Assembly: GCA_016839785.1 (NCBI GenBank)
Contig: JAEOTQ010000114.1
Span: forward strand, 1 to 52,303
DNA from: Candidatus Hodarchaeota archaeon
GTDB taxonomy: Archaea; Asgardarchaeota; Heimdallarchaeia; Hodarchaeales; Hodarchaeaceae
Reading direction: 5' to 3'
DNA: 52,303 nucleotides
Below are positions 39,206-48,570 of the stretch, piece after piece. Position 1 is the stretch's first letter. Each line of letters starts with the position of its first letter. The position numbers were made by a program, and so were the translations under genes. The notes under the pieces were generated by a model, which was given only the letters and a program-made list of their open reading frames with translations, did not search any database and was not told where the DNA came from.

Positions 39206-39982
39206 ATGACAAGCTTGCTAAAAAGAGCTGAAGTAGACTCTGAATTCATCTCAGAAATTCTACATTATTCGGATCTGGGATCGACTAATAGTGTCGCCAA
39301 AAGAATGGTTTTGAAAGAAAAAAAACAAGGATTTATAGTTATTTCAAAAACTCAGACTTCTGGATATGGTCAACGAGGAAATTTCTGGGAATCTCCCTCA
39401 GGTGGATTGTGGTGTTCAATTGCTATCAATCCGAAAATTAATCCAAAAAAAATTGGCCTGATTCCCATCTTAAGTGCGTTATGCGTGGTAAAAGCCCTCA
39501 AATCTTATAATGTTACCACAAGACTCAAGTGGCCTAATGATATTCTTAATTCAGCCGATAACAAAAAATTAGGAGGCATTTTAGTTGAAGGTAAAGTATC
39601 TCCTGGGTTTATTGAATATCTAATTATTGGAATTGGAATTAATGTGAATAATTCACTTAAGCAATTTTCGCTTCCATTGAGGAAACGAGTTACTTCAATA
39701 TTGGAAATCTCAAAAAATGATATTTCATTGATTGATTTATTAAATAAAATCACATTTTATCTTGAAGATGGATTATTCATCATGATAAGAGGAGAAGAGA
39801 GACAAATTCTCTCAGAATGGAAGGAATGGGATAATGTTTTGGGTAGGAATGTTAAAATTACTTCAAATAATATAGAATATGAAGGAATAGCGAGAGATCT
39901 CACTGAATTTGGGCAAATAATATTGGAACTAGCAGATGGTAGAGAAATCACATTTTCTTCAGGAACGCTTACCCTAATCTAA
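39206..39982 (+). CDS. birA: Biotin-protein ligase (no HTH domain)
   Basis: STN, QTSGYGQRG..WESP.GG, KWPNDI, KLGGILVE, GIGINV; ATG 39206 follows GAGGT. Confidence 0.92.
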   Translation: MTSLLKRAEVDSEFISEILHYSDLGSTNSVAKRMVLKEKKQGFIVISKTQTSGYGQRGNFWESPSGGLWCSIAINPKINPKKIGLIPILSALCVVKALKSYNVTTRLKWPNDILNSADNKKLGGILVEGKVSPGFIEYLIIGIGINVNNSLKQFSLPLRKRVTSILEISKNDISLIDLLNKITFYLEDGLFIMIRGEERQILSEWKEWDNVLGRNVKITSNNIEYEGIARDLTEFGQIILELADGREITFSSGTLTLI

Positions 39983-40032
39983 ATGAACACTCTTTGACTT
40001 GTTGAAGTGATTGAAGATTTAGAGGTGCATGA

Positions 40033-40593
40033 ATTATAGTTTACAACATAAAATCTGGATCAAATACCGTCCTAAGAGGTTTAATAGCAGAGGAATTCGT
40101 ACGCTATACCCTTATTCAACGTTATCCCCTTGTAGTGCTTAGACCAGCTAAAGTAATTGAAATCTTAACACAATATCAAATTGAAGGCCCCCATTTTGAT
40201 TTTTTATGTCAATATCAACAAACAATGGATTTCATAGGATTTGGCCCCGTTCAACAAACTGAAACATCTTTACCAATAACGGTAAGTGAAATTTCGCAGA
40301 ATTTCTTTTATCAACAAGATGGATTGACACGATTTTTGCCATCTCCCTCTATACAAGACAGATTATCTGGTTTTATCATCGAAGTGAAATCCCGATCAAC
40401 AAAAAATCATTGGAATCCATTTAATTACTCGTTTTCCGCAAATCAAGAAGAGATGTTTTTGAAAGCTACAAAATTTCGTTTTAAGGTTATTTTATGTGGT
40501 GTAACTTTAGCAGATGATTGGGAAATTTCCGTGGTCTTCACAAATCGGGATGGAAAAATACTCCCCCAAGATTTCTTTAATTTAGATCAATAG
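40033..40593 (+). CDS. PD-(D/E)xK nuclease-fold protein (start uncertain; ORF track 40135)
   Basis: In-frame upstream RGLIAEEFV motif, MDFIG and IIEVKSR. Confidence 0.55.
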   Translation: MIVYNIKSGSNTVLRGLIAEEFVRYTLIQRYPLVVLRPAKVIEILTQYQIEGPHFDFLCQYQQTMDFIGFGPVQQTETSLPITVSEISQNFFYQQDGLTRFLPSPSIQDRLSGFIIEVKSRSTKNHWNPFNYSFSANQEEMFLKATKFRFKVILCGVTLADDWEISVVFTNRDGKILPQDFFNLDQ

Positions 40594-41737
40594 AGATCGG
40601 TTCTGCGTTAGTTAGTATTTGTGGTCCATTTCGAGTTATCAGCACATCGTTTTCCAATCGAAATCCACCTACATCCTTCTCATAGATTCCAGGTTCAATA
40701 GTGATTATCATTCCCTCTTCTATTCGAGTAGGTGCCCAGTGTTGTAACATGGCTTCGTGAATTGGCTTTTTTCGTAATAATGGAGCATCATGAACAGTTA
40801 AACCTATTCCATGACCCAGAGAATGAGGCATCCGGTACCCTTGATCCTCTATAATTTTTACCGCAACTTCAGCAACTTCATGTAGATATTCGGAATCCGA
40901 TAATGCGTCTATTGACGCATCATGGGCATGCTTCACTGTTTCTGTTATCGTTTTCATTTTACTGTTCATTGGTCCCATTATAAATGGAAGGGTAACATCT
41001 GAAGTTAATGCTTCAGCCTGGACACCGAAATCGATGAGTGCAAGACCTTTTTGATATAAGGATTGTTTTGGATCAGCGCGGGGGTATGTATGGATTTGCC
41101 ATGATCGAGCACTACTAGCAACAAGTGATTCAAATCCTACCGCAAATGCTCCTAATTCTCGCATCCTACTCTCAACAAAAATAGCAAGATCCATTTCAGT
41201 TCTAATTTTGGATTGTGAAAGAACTGCTTCCTCTATTTCTTTAACCAGTTGATTACTAATGTCTACAGATTTTTGCATTAAAGAAATTTCATACCCAGAT
41301 TTTGTTGATCGTAATTCTGCTAATAAATTGTCGATAATCGTCGGGTTAAATACTATCTCGGTATTTGGAACTTTATCCATAATAAGTTGGACATTATCGT
41401 ATGGAATACCTCTAGTGATCCCTACTTTGGGATTGGTAGAGGTTTCTTCAGCAAAAACGTCAATTGTTGCAGTAATTACTCCCTGATATTCTGTTACGTC
41501 TACTATTCTGTCTGCTTCCGAACTCATTTTTGCTAGTTGATAATCCCATGGAATTAGAGTAGTTCGCCGATTCTTGATATCAATGAATAGGCTTGCATCT
41601 TCTGGATGGCCTGTTAAGTATTTCACATTTACATTCCGATGTGCCTCAGAATCGGTGAGATAGAGAAAATCTAGCTCATGGGACTCCAAAGAATCGTATA
41701 ACCTTGTTAATTTTTCTTTCGTGATAAATCTCGCCAG
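40577..41737 (-). CDS. Xaa-Pro aminopeptidase/prolidase (M24)
   Basis: IDFG, SDVT, HSLGHGIGLTVHD, TIEPGIY, GFRLENDV; probable CTG start at 41737 (ORF track 41689). Confidence 0.92.
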   Translation of the reverse strand: MARFITKEKLTRLYDSLESHELDFLYLTDSEAHRNVNVKYLTGHPEDASLFIDIKNRRTTLIPWDYQLAKMSSEADRIVDVTEYQGVITATIDVFAEETSTNPKVGITRGIPYDNVQLIMDKVPNTEIVFNPTIIDNLLAELRSTKSGYEISLMQKSVDISNQLVKEIEEAVLSQSKIRTEMDLAIFVESRMRELGAFAVGFESLVASSARSWQIHTYPRADPKQSLYQKGLALIDFGVQAEALTSDVTLPFIMGPMNSKMKTITETVKHAHDASIDALSDSEYLHEVAEVAVKIIEDQGYRMPHSLGHGIGLTVHDAPLLRKKPIHEAMLQHWAPTRIEEGMIITIEPGIYEKDVGGFRLENDVLITRNGPQILTNAEPISIDLN

Positions 41738-41967
41738 TAGTATTCACCTGAACTATCTTTGGGCTGTTAGAAAAATCAAATCATGATCTCTCAAAATTTA
41801 CTCTTAAATCATAATATAAAATATTTAGATATTAAATATCTCGAAGTATACAATTTTGAATTTCAGTCATATTCAAACAGGATTCCCTTTGTCGGATCCC
41901 TCTAATTCCCTCTAAGTTGAAACTCAAATTTAGATTGAGCTGCAGATCCACTTTCCTTGGTGTGTGC

Positions 41968-42198
41968 TTATTCTACTTTGATTTTGTGCCATTTCTTATT
42001 TGAGGACGAGGGTTGTTTGGTCTTTCTTCGGGTTTTCCCCGTATACTGTCTTTTTTGCTGTTTGAGAAGATTTCTTTGTGTCATTTTACTAATTTTACTT
42101 GTGATCAATTGTAATTCAGAATTATTTGGACGATAAGACTTTAATAACTTCTGAAATTCTAGAAGAAGCGCATTTACCTTTTCTTTATCTACTGCCAT
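41968..42198 (-). CDS. Small basic hypothetical protein
   Basis: 76-aa ATG ORF, helical N-terminus and Lys/Arg-rich C-terminus; no recognisable family. Confidence 0.5.
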   Translation of the reverse strand: MAVDKEKVNALLLEFQKLLKSYRPNNSELQLITSKISKMTQRNLLKQQKRQYTGKTRRKTKQPSSSNKKWHKIKVE

Positions 42199-42439
42199 CC
42201 TGTTTTACTATAAAATTTACAAAAAATAAATATTTGGGAATGAATAAACATTCACCTTTGAAATACCGTATCATCCAAATCATTGTTAAAGTAAATATAT
42301 TAATTCTAAAATTTCCTGAATGAAGATCTGCATGCTTTCAGTAGCCGATTTATGAACTATACCGTAAATGAATGCATGATATCGATTAAATTTAATACTA
42401 ACTAATTATTCTATTAGCGTTGTTATGGAGTAATGTCAA

Positions 42440-44875
42440 ATGCCAAAATTTACCATCGAAGAAGCTCAAAAACTTCTCGTTAATCGAGAATTTGTACGAA
42501 ACCTAGGAGTTATCGCTCACATTGACCATGGGAAAAGTACACTCACAGATTCGCTTCTTGCTGCAAGTGGATTGTTAGCAGAAAAAGTAGCTGGAGAAGC
42601 TAGAGCAACAGACACACGAGAAGATGAACAAGAACGTGGGATCACAATTAAAACAACAGGGATCTCTTTAGTCCATGAAATGAAAGATAAAATGTTCCTC
42701 GTGAACCTACAGGATACTCCTGGACACGTTGATTTTTCTGGAGAGGTTACTTCAGCTCTACGGGTTGTAGACGGAGCTCTTGTTGTAGTTGATGCAGTAG
42801 AAGGAGTTATGGTACAAACCGAAGTTGTTACACAACAAGCTCTTGCTGAACGCGTTCGTCCCGTTTTAATCATCAATAAAGTGGATCGATTAATAACTGA
42901 AATGCGGATGAGTCCCGATAATGCGTACGAGCAATTTAAAAAGATTATTAGCGATTTCAATCTACTGATTGAAACTTATGCCCCTCCTGAATTTAAGAAA
43001 ATATGGAGAGTTGATCCTAGACAAGGAACTGTGGCGTTTGGTTCAGCTATCCATCGGTTTGGATTAACAATTCCAGCACTCGCTGAAATCTGGCATGAGA
43101 AAACAGGTCAACCTATAGATAAATTGGTAAAAAATTTATGGATGAAGAATAATTTTGTAAATGGTGTTCTTAAGCCAACTTATGAAATTTATGAAAAAGC
43201 TGAAGAAAACGATACCGAATCGTTAAAAAAGGTCGCAGAGCAACTATCACTACGTTTAGATGAAAGTGTATGGCTTGAACCTCCCAAAAGGATTGCAAAA
43301 GCGTTATTAGAGAAATGGCTACCTGTAGAAAAAGCTGTACTTGATATGGTCATTACATTCTGTCCTTCTCCAATTGAAGCACAGAAATATCGATTTAAAA
43401 GCTTTTGGACTGGTGATCTGGAGTCAATTGAAGGAAAAGGATTAATGAGCTGCGATCCTAATGCTCCAGTTATGATATCAATATCTAAAATGATCCCAGG
43501 AAGAGCAAAACGTATTATTGCAATGGGAAGAGTATTTTCGGGCACTGTAAAAGCAGGACAAAAAATTACTGCCCTTCTTCCAGGTTATAAACCAGGAAGT
43601 AAGGAACGGATGTTCACCACAAATATTCAACAAGTTTCAATGTTGATGGGTGCAAAAGCAGAAAAAGTTGATTTTATTCCAGCAGGAAACATTGTTGCTT
43701 TACAGGGTCTCCGTGGAGCGACGGCCAGTAGCACAATTACAAGTTTAGAGACAACTCTTCCATTTAAAGCTTTGAGCTATGCAGTTGAACCTGTAGTCAC
43801 TATTGCAATTGAAGCTAAATCACCTAGTGAGCTTCCAAAACTTGCAGAGGGATTACAACTTATGGAATTAGTCGATCCTTCTCTTAAAACCAAAGTCAAT
43901 GAAGAAACAGGTGAATTTTTGTTATCTGGAACTGGAGAACTCCACCTAGAAATCGCTGTTAAGGATTTACAGGACTTACAAAATATTCAAGTAACTCAAA
44001 GTGAACCTATCGTAGTGTTCCGAGAATCGGTCTCTGCAGAATCCACTCAGCAAGCTTTAGCAAAATCGCCCAATAAGCATAACCGATTATGGGTTCGTGC
44101 CGCACCATTAGAAGAAGATGTCATTAAAATCATTGAAGCTGGAACTATCCATCAATACACAGATCGAAAAGAAATGGGACAAATTCTGAGAGATCAGGCT
44201 GGATGGGATGCCAAAGTCGGTCGTAAAGTATGGGGTATGGGGCCAGCAGAATCAGATCCAAATTTCTATATTGACGCATCTAAAGGTGTTCAATATCTAC
44301 GTGAAGTAAAGGATTATCTTATTCAAGGTTTTCGTTGGGCTGGTAAAGAAGGTCCTCTATGCGGCGAACCATTTTACGGCATTAAATTCTTATTAGAAGA
44401 TGTTAAGCTTCATGAAGATCCAGTGCATCGAGGAGCGGGCCAAACGATGCCTGTTTCGCGAAGAGCATGTTTTGGTGCCGTTCTATTGGCGTCACCAATA
44501 CTGCTAGAACCTGTTTATAAGGTTCAGGTTCAGGTACCGGAGCAATACCTTGGCAATGTGTATAAAGTTCTTACAAAGCGAAGAGGTAGAGTAATCGATA
44601 CTCAGAAGCGAGAAGGAACACCGTTAAATGTTATCATTGCTGAAGTACCTGTTACTGAATCTTTCGGTATTACTACCGATTTACGTTCCGAGACTTCTGG
44701 GTTCGCTTTTTCCCAAATGGTTTTCGATCACTGGGAAAAAGTACCAGGAAATCCTACAAAGGAAGAAGAACAAGGTGGTGGATTAGCTCGTAAATTTGTA
44801 ATGGAAACACGTAAACGCAAAGGCTTCCACAACCCTAATCCTCCAAAGCCAGAAGATTATTACGATAAACTCTAA
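42440..44875 (+). CDS. fusA: Elongation factor 2 with eukaryote-type insertions
   Basis: AHIDHGKSTL, RGITIK, DTPGHVDF, NKVDR, GELHLE, KSPNKHNR, HEDPVHRG (diphthamide His), C-terminal YYDKL. Confidence 0.98.
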   Translation: MPKFTIEEAQKLLVNREFVRNLGVIAHIDHGKSTLTDSLLAASGLLAEKVAGEARATDTREDEQERGITIKTTGISLVHEMKDKMFLVNLQDTPGHVDFSGEVTSALRVVDGALVVVDAVEGVMVQTEVVTQQALAERVRPVLIINKVDRLITEMRMSPDNAYEQFKKIISDFNLLIETYAPPEFKKIWRVDPRQGTVAFGSAIHRFGLTIPALAEIWHEKTGQPIDKLVKNLWMKNNFVNGVLKPTYEIYEKAEENDTESLKKVAEQLSLRLDESVWLEPPKRIAKALLEKWLPVEKAVLDMVITFCPSPIEAQKYRFKSFWTGDLESIEGKGLMSCDPNAPVMISISKMIPGRAKRIIAMGRVFSGTVKAGQKITALLPGYKPGSKERMFTTNIQQVSMLMGAKAEKVDFIPAGNIVALQGLRGATASSTITSLETTLPFKALSYAVEPVVTIAIEAKSPSELPKLAEGLQLMELVDPSLKTKVNEETGEFLLSGTGELHLEIAVKDLQDLQNIQVTQSEPIVVFRESVSAESTQQALAKSPNKHNRLWVRAAPLEEDVIKIIEAGTIHQYTDRKEMGQILRDQAGWDAKVGRKVWGMGPAESDPNFYIDASKGVQYLREVKDYLIQGFRWAGKEGPLCGEPFYGIKFLLEDVKLHEDPVHRGAGQTMPVSRRACFGAVLLASPILLEPVYKVQVQVPEQYLGNVYKVLTKRRGRVIDTQKREGTPLNVIIAEVPVTESFGITTDLRSETSGFAFSQMVFDHWEKVPGNPTKEEEQGGGLARKFVMETRKRKGFHNPNPPKPEDYYDKL

Positions 44876-44918
44876 TTTTTATGGGTTTATTCTCTTTTTT
44901 TTCTAATTTTATTCTTTC
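44876..44918 (+). terminator. T-rich archaeal terminator after EF-2
   Basis: Several T runs immediately after the stop codon, before the convergent tRNA-Arg. Confidence 0.45.
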
Positions 44919-44996
44919 TGGGTGGAATAGAACCTTTTTTTCATGATAAGATTCTCTCAAGGAATATAAGAGAGATTATATCACTAAAAAAGAATA

Positions 44997-45071
44997 CGGA
45001 TCCGGAGGGATTTGAACCCACGACATTCTGCTCCGAAGGCAGACGCTCTATCCATGCTGAGCCACGGATCC
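44997..45071 (-). tRNA. tRNA-Arg(TCG)
   Basis: GGATCCG/CGGATCC acceptor, TCTGC-CT-TCG-GA-GCAGA, TTCAAAT T-loop. Confidence 0.96.
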
Positions 45072-45409
45072 ATATAATTTATTTATGGGACTTCTGTTAA
45101 AGGTTATTTCTAGCGTGGATTACGAAACAATTAGATGATTAATAAGAATTTATTGGAAACTCGTTTCAAGGGATAATCTCGCATGTATTGTTATATTTGG
45201 GATAATCAAAATCCTTCTCCACAATACCTACTACTGAGATTGCATTTTCTTGTCAAAGAAAGAAAGTAAAGCATTATTAATACCTAATTTAGTTTCTGAG
45301 GATTGCTTCTGGCAAGAATAGGTTTTCCTTCCCAGTGGGAGAATAGAAGTCCAAATATATCGCTTTTACTAAGTAATTTTCTGGAATGAGTTGCTGCGCA
45401 AAATATTTT

Positions 45410-45685
45410 TTACGTTGATTTCCGGTCAGATGCGGATCGAATTTTCACTTGATGTCGGTGAATTGCGCAGGAAACACAGAAATATCGGACATATGGCACG
45501 CGAGCGATTTGAGTACCTGCTTGACGCAGTTCCTTCGCAATGGTGAAATCAACTAAGTTTTTATAGCTTGTCTTACGCTTGGCCTTATCTCTTGGGACTA
45601 ATCGTCCACATGAAGAGCATTGAACTTTACCTAAGTTGCCTTTCCCGCCTTTACTTCGGCCACCAGATTTTCGTTTTTTACCCAT
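45410..45685 (-). CDS. rps26e: 30S ribosomal protein S26e (eS26)
   Basis: MGKKRKSGGR, CSSCGRLVPRDKA, CVSCAIH...VKIRS; start at ATG 45685. Confidence 0.96.
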   Translation of the reverse strand: MGKKRKSGGRSKGGKGNLGKVQCSSCGRLVPRDKAKRKTSYKNLVDFTIAKELRQAGTQIARVPYVRYFCVSCAIHRHQVKIRSASDRKST

Positions 45686-45761
45686 TACGAGTACACCTTT
45701 AATAAATGAAGATACGGTAAAAGAATTGACTAAATTGAATATTATCTTCGAATTCATGTTT

Positions 45762-46433
45762 TTAGGAGCTGTTTTTAATCTCTCCCATGACTGGAGCAAC
45801 AGTTTTCTTTGTTACGAAGAGGGCCAAATTTTCTAAATTTAGATGATAGGATTGATCCAAATCAAAAAAAGAAGAAATTTGGGGAAATTCCCCATCTATG
45901 TACGCATGAACACTTCTCCTTACAAGATCTAGTTGTTTAAAATATTCATCTGAATACCGTTGAAATTTTGTTAAGAGTTCATTAGTCAGGAGAACGAATG
46001 GGGCTTCCTTATCGGAGGAAAGTATTTTCTTGGACATTAACTCGTATAAATGTTCCTGATTTTTACCGTTCAAAAGAAAAAGAAGAAATCCAGGCATCGG
46101 TAATAGAAATAAAATCATAATCGATGAAAATGACCCAAATTGTAGATCGAATTGTGATAAAGATTCATTTGAGATGATTAATGCTGAGATTATTAAGTTC
46201 AGTGAGGCAACAAGTGTTGCTTGAAAGGATCCTCTTCCAATCCAATACAACTTGCCTGAATATTGATGAATAGGGTCTCTGTTTGTAAAACTGATACCTT
46301 TGAAGCTTAAAATTGCATAGAATATAATAGTCCACGGTAATAAACATAAGAGTAAGAGGTAACTATCAAAGAAACCAAGAGCGAAAATGAATAAAAAATT
46401 GAGAAGAGAGAGGATGAAAAAAAGAGAGGGCAC
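45762..46433 (-). CDS. Hypothetical membrane protein
   Basis: Four hydrophobic segments followed by a soluble tail. Confidence 0.55.
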   Translation of the reverse strand: MPSLFFILSLLNFLFIFALGFFDSYLLLLCLLPWTIIFYAILSFKGISFTNRDPIHQYSGKLYWIGRGSFQATLVASLNLIISALIISNESLSQFDLQFGSFSSIMILFLLPMPGFLLFLLNGKNQEHLYELMSKKILSSDKEAPFVLLTNELLTKFQRYSDEYFKQLDLVRRSVHAYIDGEFPQISSFFDLDQSYHLNLENLALFVTKKTVAPVMGEIKNSS

Positions 46434-46467
46434 AGAAATTGCATTCCTGTTACTTAATTCTTTTTGA

Positions 46468-46902
46468 TCAGCTCAGAAGATCTTTTAATTCTGAAACAAG
46501 ACTAGAAATATCCTTTTCCTCTTCTTTGAATATTTCAGGTATTTTATGACTGTAACGTCGTAGAACACGAATGGCTAGTCCTAGAGAGTGGGCTTCATTT
46601 GATGCACCAATTAAAATAAAGTCCTCTGCTGAACTTAATACTGTGTAACCCTTTTCTCCACGAACTAAGACTTCCCATAATTGTCCATGATCCATTCTGT
46701 CAACTACCATCCCACCTGTAGAAAGAACTGCAGCTGAAAGGGCGGAGAATAAATCAGGATCAGCATCTTTTTCTGAAAAGAATGCAACACTCATTCCAGT
46801 ACGAGTAACTAGTGCTAACGCTTCTAAATCAGCATAACGTACGATTTCTTGTAATAATTTGATCAATTTCTTTTTTTGCTCAACTGTAAGCGCAAAGGCC
46901 AT
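46468..46902 (-). CDS. Roadblock/LC7 domain protein
   Basis: LEALALVTRTG, SALSAAVLS, EVLVRGEKGY, LGL. Confidence 0.9.
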   Translation of the reverse strand: MAFALTVEQKKKLIKLLQEIVRYADLEALALVTRTGMSVAFFSEKDADPDLFSALSAAVLSTGGMVVDRMDHGQLWEVLVRGEKGYTVLSSAEDFILIGASNEAHSLGLAIRVLRRYSHKIPEIFKEEEKDISSLVSELKDLLS

Positions 46903-47208
46903 TTTATCACCTTCAGAAAGGTTCTCACAATTTCTATTATTGCTTTTTGATATAAGATAAGATTTTAGATTGAAATAATTGTCATTACGACAAATATGTT
47001 CTAATTAGGTAATTATCATCGGGTAATGATTTAAACCTTACCAAACCTCGAATCAGTGGAAAATAATTTTCATTATTCTTTATTCAGGGATATTAATTCT
47101 GAGCTCAACATAGTCTTGGTATAAATTCCATTAAATTGTTAAATCATCTAATTGGTATTATATATGTGAATTAGAACGAATTAGTCTTACTATTCAGAGA
47201 GAATCAGA

Positions 47209-48198
47209 ATGGATACCTCATGTGAAAAAGTTATTCTTGGTTTATTTGTTCTAGACAGAATAATTACTTCAGATTTAGAAAAAACTGAGCTAAACGCTAC
47301 TGAAAACACTGATCTGTCGCTTGGAGGTCCTCCCACATTTATGATGTTTATATCTGACATTTTAAGTCAAATTTTACCTGTTATGGAGCAACCTGTTCTT
47401 TATTCATATGTATCGAAACAAACAAAAGATTTTTTGTGTAAGTTATTGAGATATAATCAGAGAAAAACGCAATTGGTTCCACATCCTAAAAGCCCAAAAT
47501 TCATTCTAGACTATTCTCAATCAACCACTGAAAGGAAATTGAAACTGTTTGATCCTCCAGAAGAATTTAATTATGATTCTTTTACTTGGCAATTTGAGAA
47601 ACCTCCAATATTGATAATTAGTTCAGTTTATCAAGAGTTTAATTCTTCTGAAACCTTCTTTTTTCTTCGAAATAAAGGTAGCTTTTTAGCTTTTGACCCT
47701 CAAGGTTGTTTCAGAAAGATTTCATCAGAAGGAAAGATAAAATATTCTGAATGGTTCTCTCATGATATCTTATCACAACTCGATTGTATTAAACTTTCTC
47801 AAAGTGAAGCTTTACTTCTAGGATTTGGTTCAGATCTAATAGAAATTATTAGGAAATTGTTGGATATTGCACCTAGATATGTGATAATTACTAGAGGTGG
47901 GGAAGGGGCACTCCTAGGGGTGAGAAAGAATTCAATTAAAAAAGAAGAAATATTCTCCGTTCCAGCATATCCCGTAGATAAGGTAATAAAAGAAACTGGG
48001 GCCGGAGATGTTTTTCTATATGTTTTTATAAGTTTCTTGCAACTACTTGGAGATGAATTGGAAGCAATCGCATATGCTACCAGTTTAGCATCATTAATGG
48101 TTGAATATGGACTTGAAATAGAAAAATATTCATTATACACTATCAAATATAGACAAAAAATGATTCATTTAAAAATTAGGAATATTATTCCTGATTAA
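47209..48198 (+). CDS. PfkB/ribokinase-family carbohydrate kinase
   Basis: LGGPP, FDPQG, IITRGGEG, ETGAGDVF. Confidence 0.85.
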   Translation: MDTSCEKVILGLFVLDRIITSDLEKTELNATENTDLSLGGPPTFMMFISDILSQILPVMEQPVLYSYVSKQTKDFLCKLLRYNQRKTQLVPHPKSPKFILDYSQSTTERKLKLFDPPEEFNYDSFTWQFEKPPILIISSVYQEFNSSETFFFLRNKGSFLAFDPQGCFRKISSEGKIKYSEWFSHDILSQLDCIKLSQSEALLLGFGSDLIEIIRKLLDIAPRYVIITRGGEGALLGVRKNSIKKEEIFSVPAYPVDKVIKETGAGDVFLYVFISFLQLLGDELEAIAYATSLASLMVEYGLEIEKYSLYTIKYRQKMIHLKIRNIIPD

Positions 48199-48252
48199 AT
48201 GAGGAATGAAATAATTAGGTTATTCCTCTACATACAGAGAATATCTTAAAGT

Positions 48253-48471
48253 TTAATCAACTTTTATATAAAGGATATTATTCCCCCGAAGAAATGCTCG
48301 TCCATATCGCTTAGTTATTTTACCATCCTCCATTTCAGAACAGTTCTCGAGTATTAAGTTCATATATTGGTCAGTAATTTTCAATCGTCCTGTATAGGAC
48401 TGATTACTTTTAAGTGTAACAGTGATAGATTTACCAATTGATTTTTCTAATGTTTGTAATGGATTGGACAT
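48253..48471 (-). CDS. Sm/Lsm protein
   Basis: G.L...DQYMNLILE, FLRGNNI. Confidence 0.95.
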   Translation of the reverse strand: MSNPLQTLEKSIGKSITVTLKSNQSYTGRLKITDQYMNLILENCSEMEDGKITKRYGRAFLRGNNILYIKVD

Positions 48472-48570
48472 AATATTGGTTCCTCAAAATTTGAATATAG
48501 TGAGAATAAGATCAAATTCTTCTCATTTTGATCAATTCTAAAAATGTTTCTTCACCTCTTCTGAGGTACT

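Noticed and set aside
45072-45409. Possible ncRNA in long intergenic gaps (also 41750-41967, 26468-26657)
   Set aside because: AT-rich with no convincing extended pairing or recognisable SRP, RNase P or C/D-box pattern by eye; a covariance-model search would be needed.
45686-45799. N-terminal extension of eS26 in the ORF track
   Set aside because: The family starts at MGKKRK (45685), which has an upstream AGGTG; the extension overlaps the neighbouring gene.
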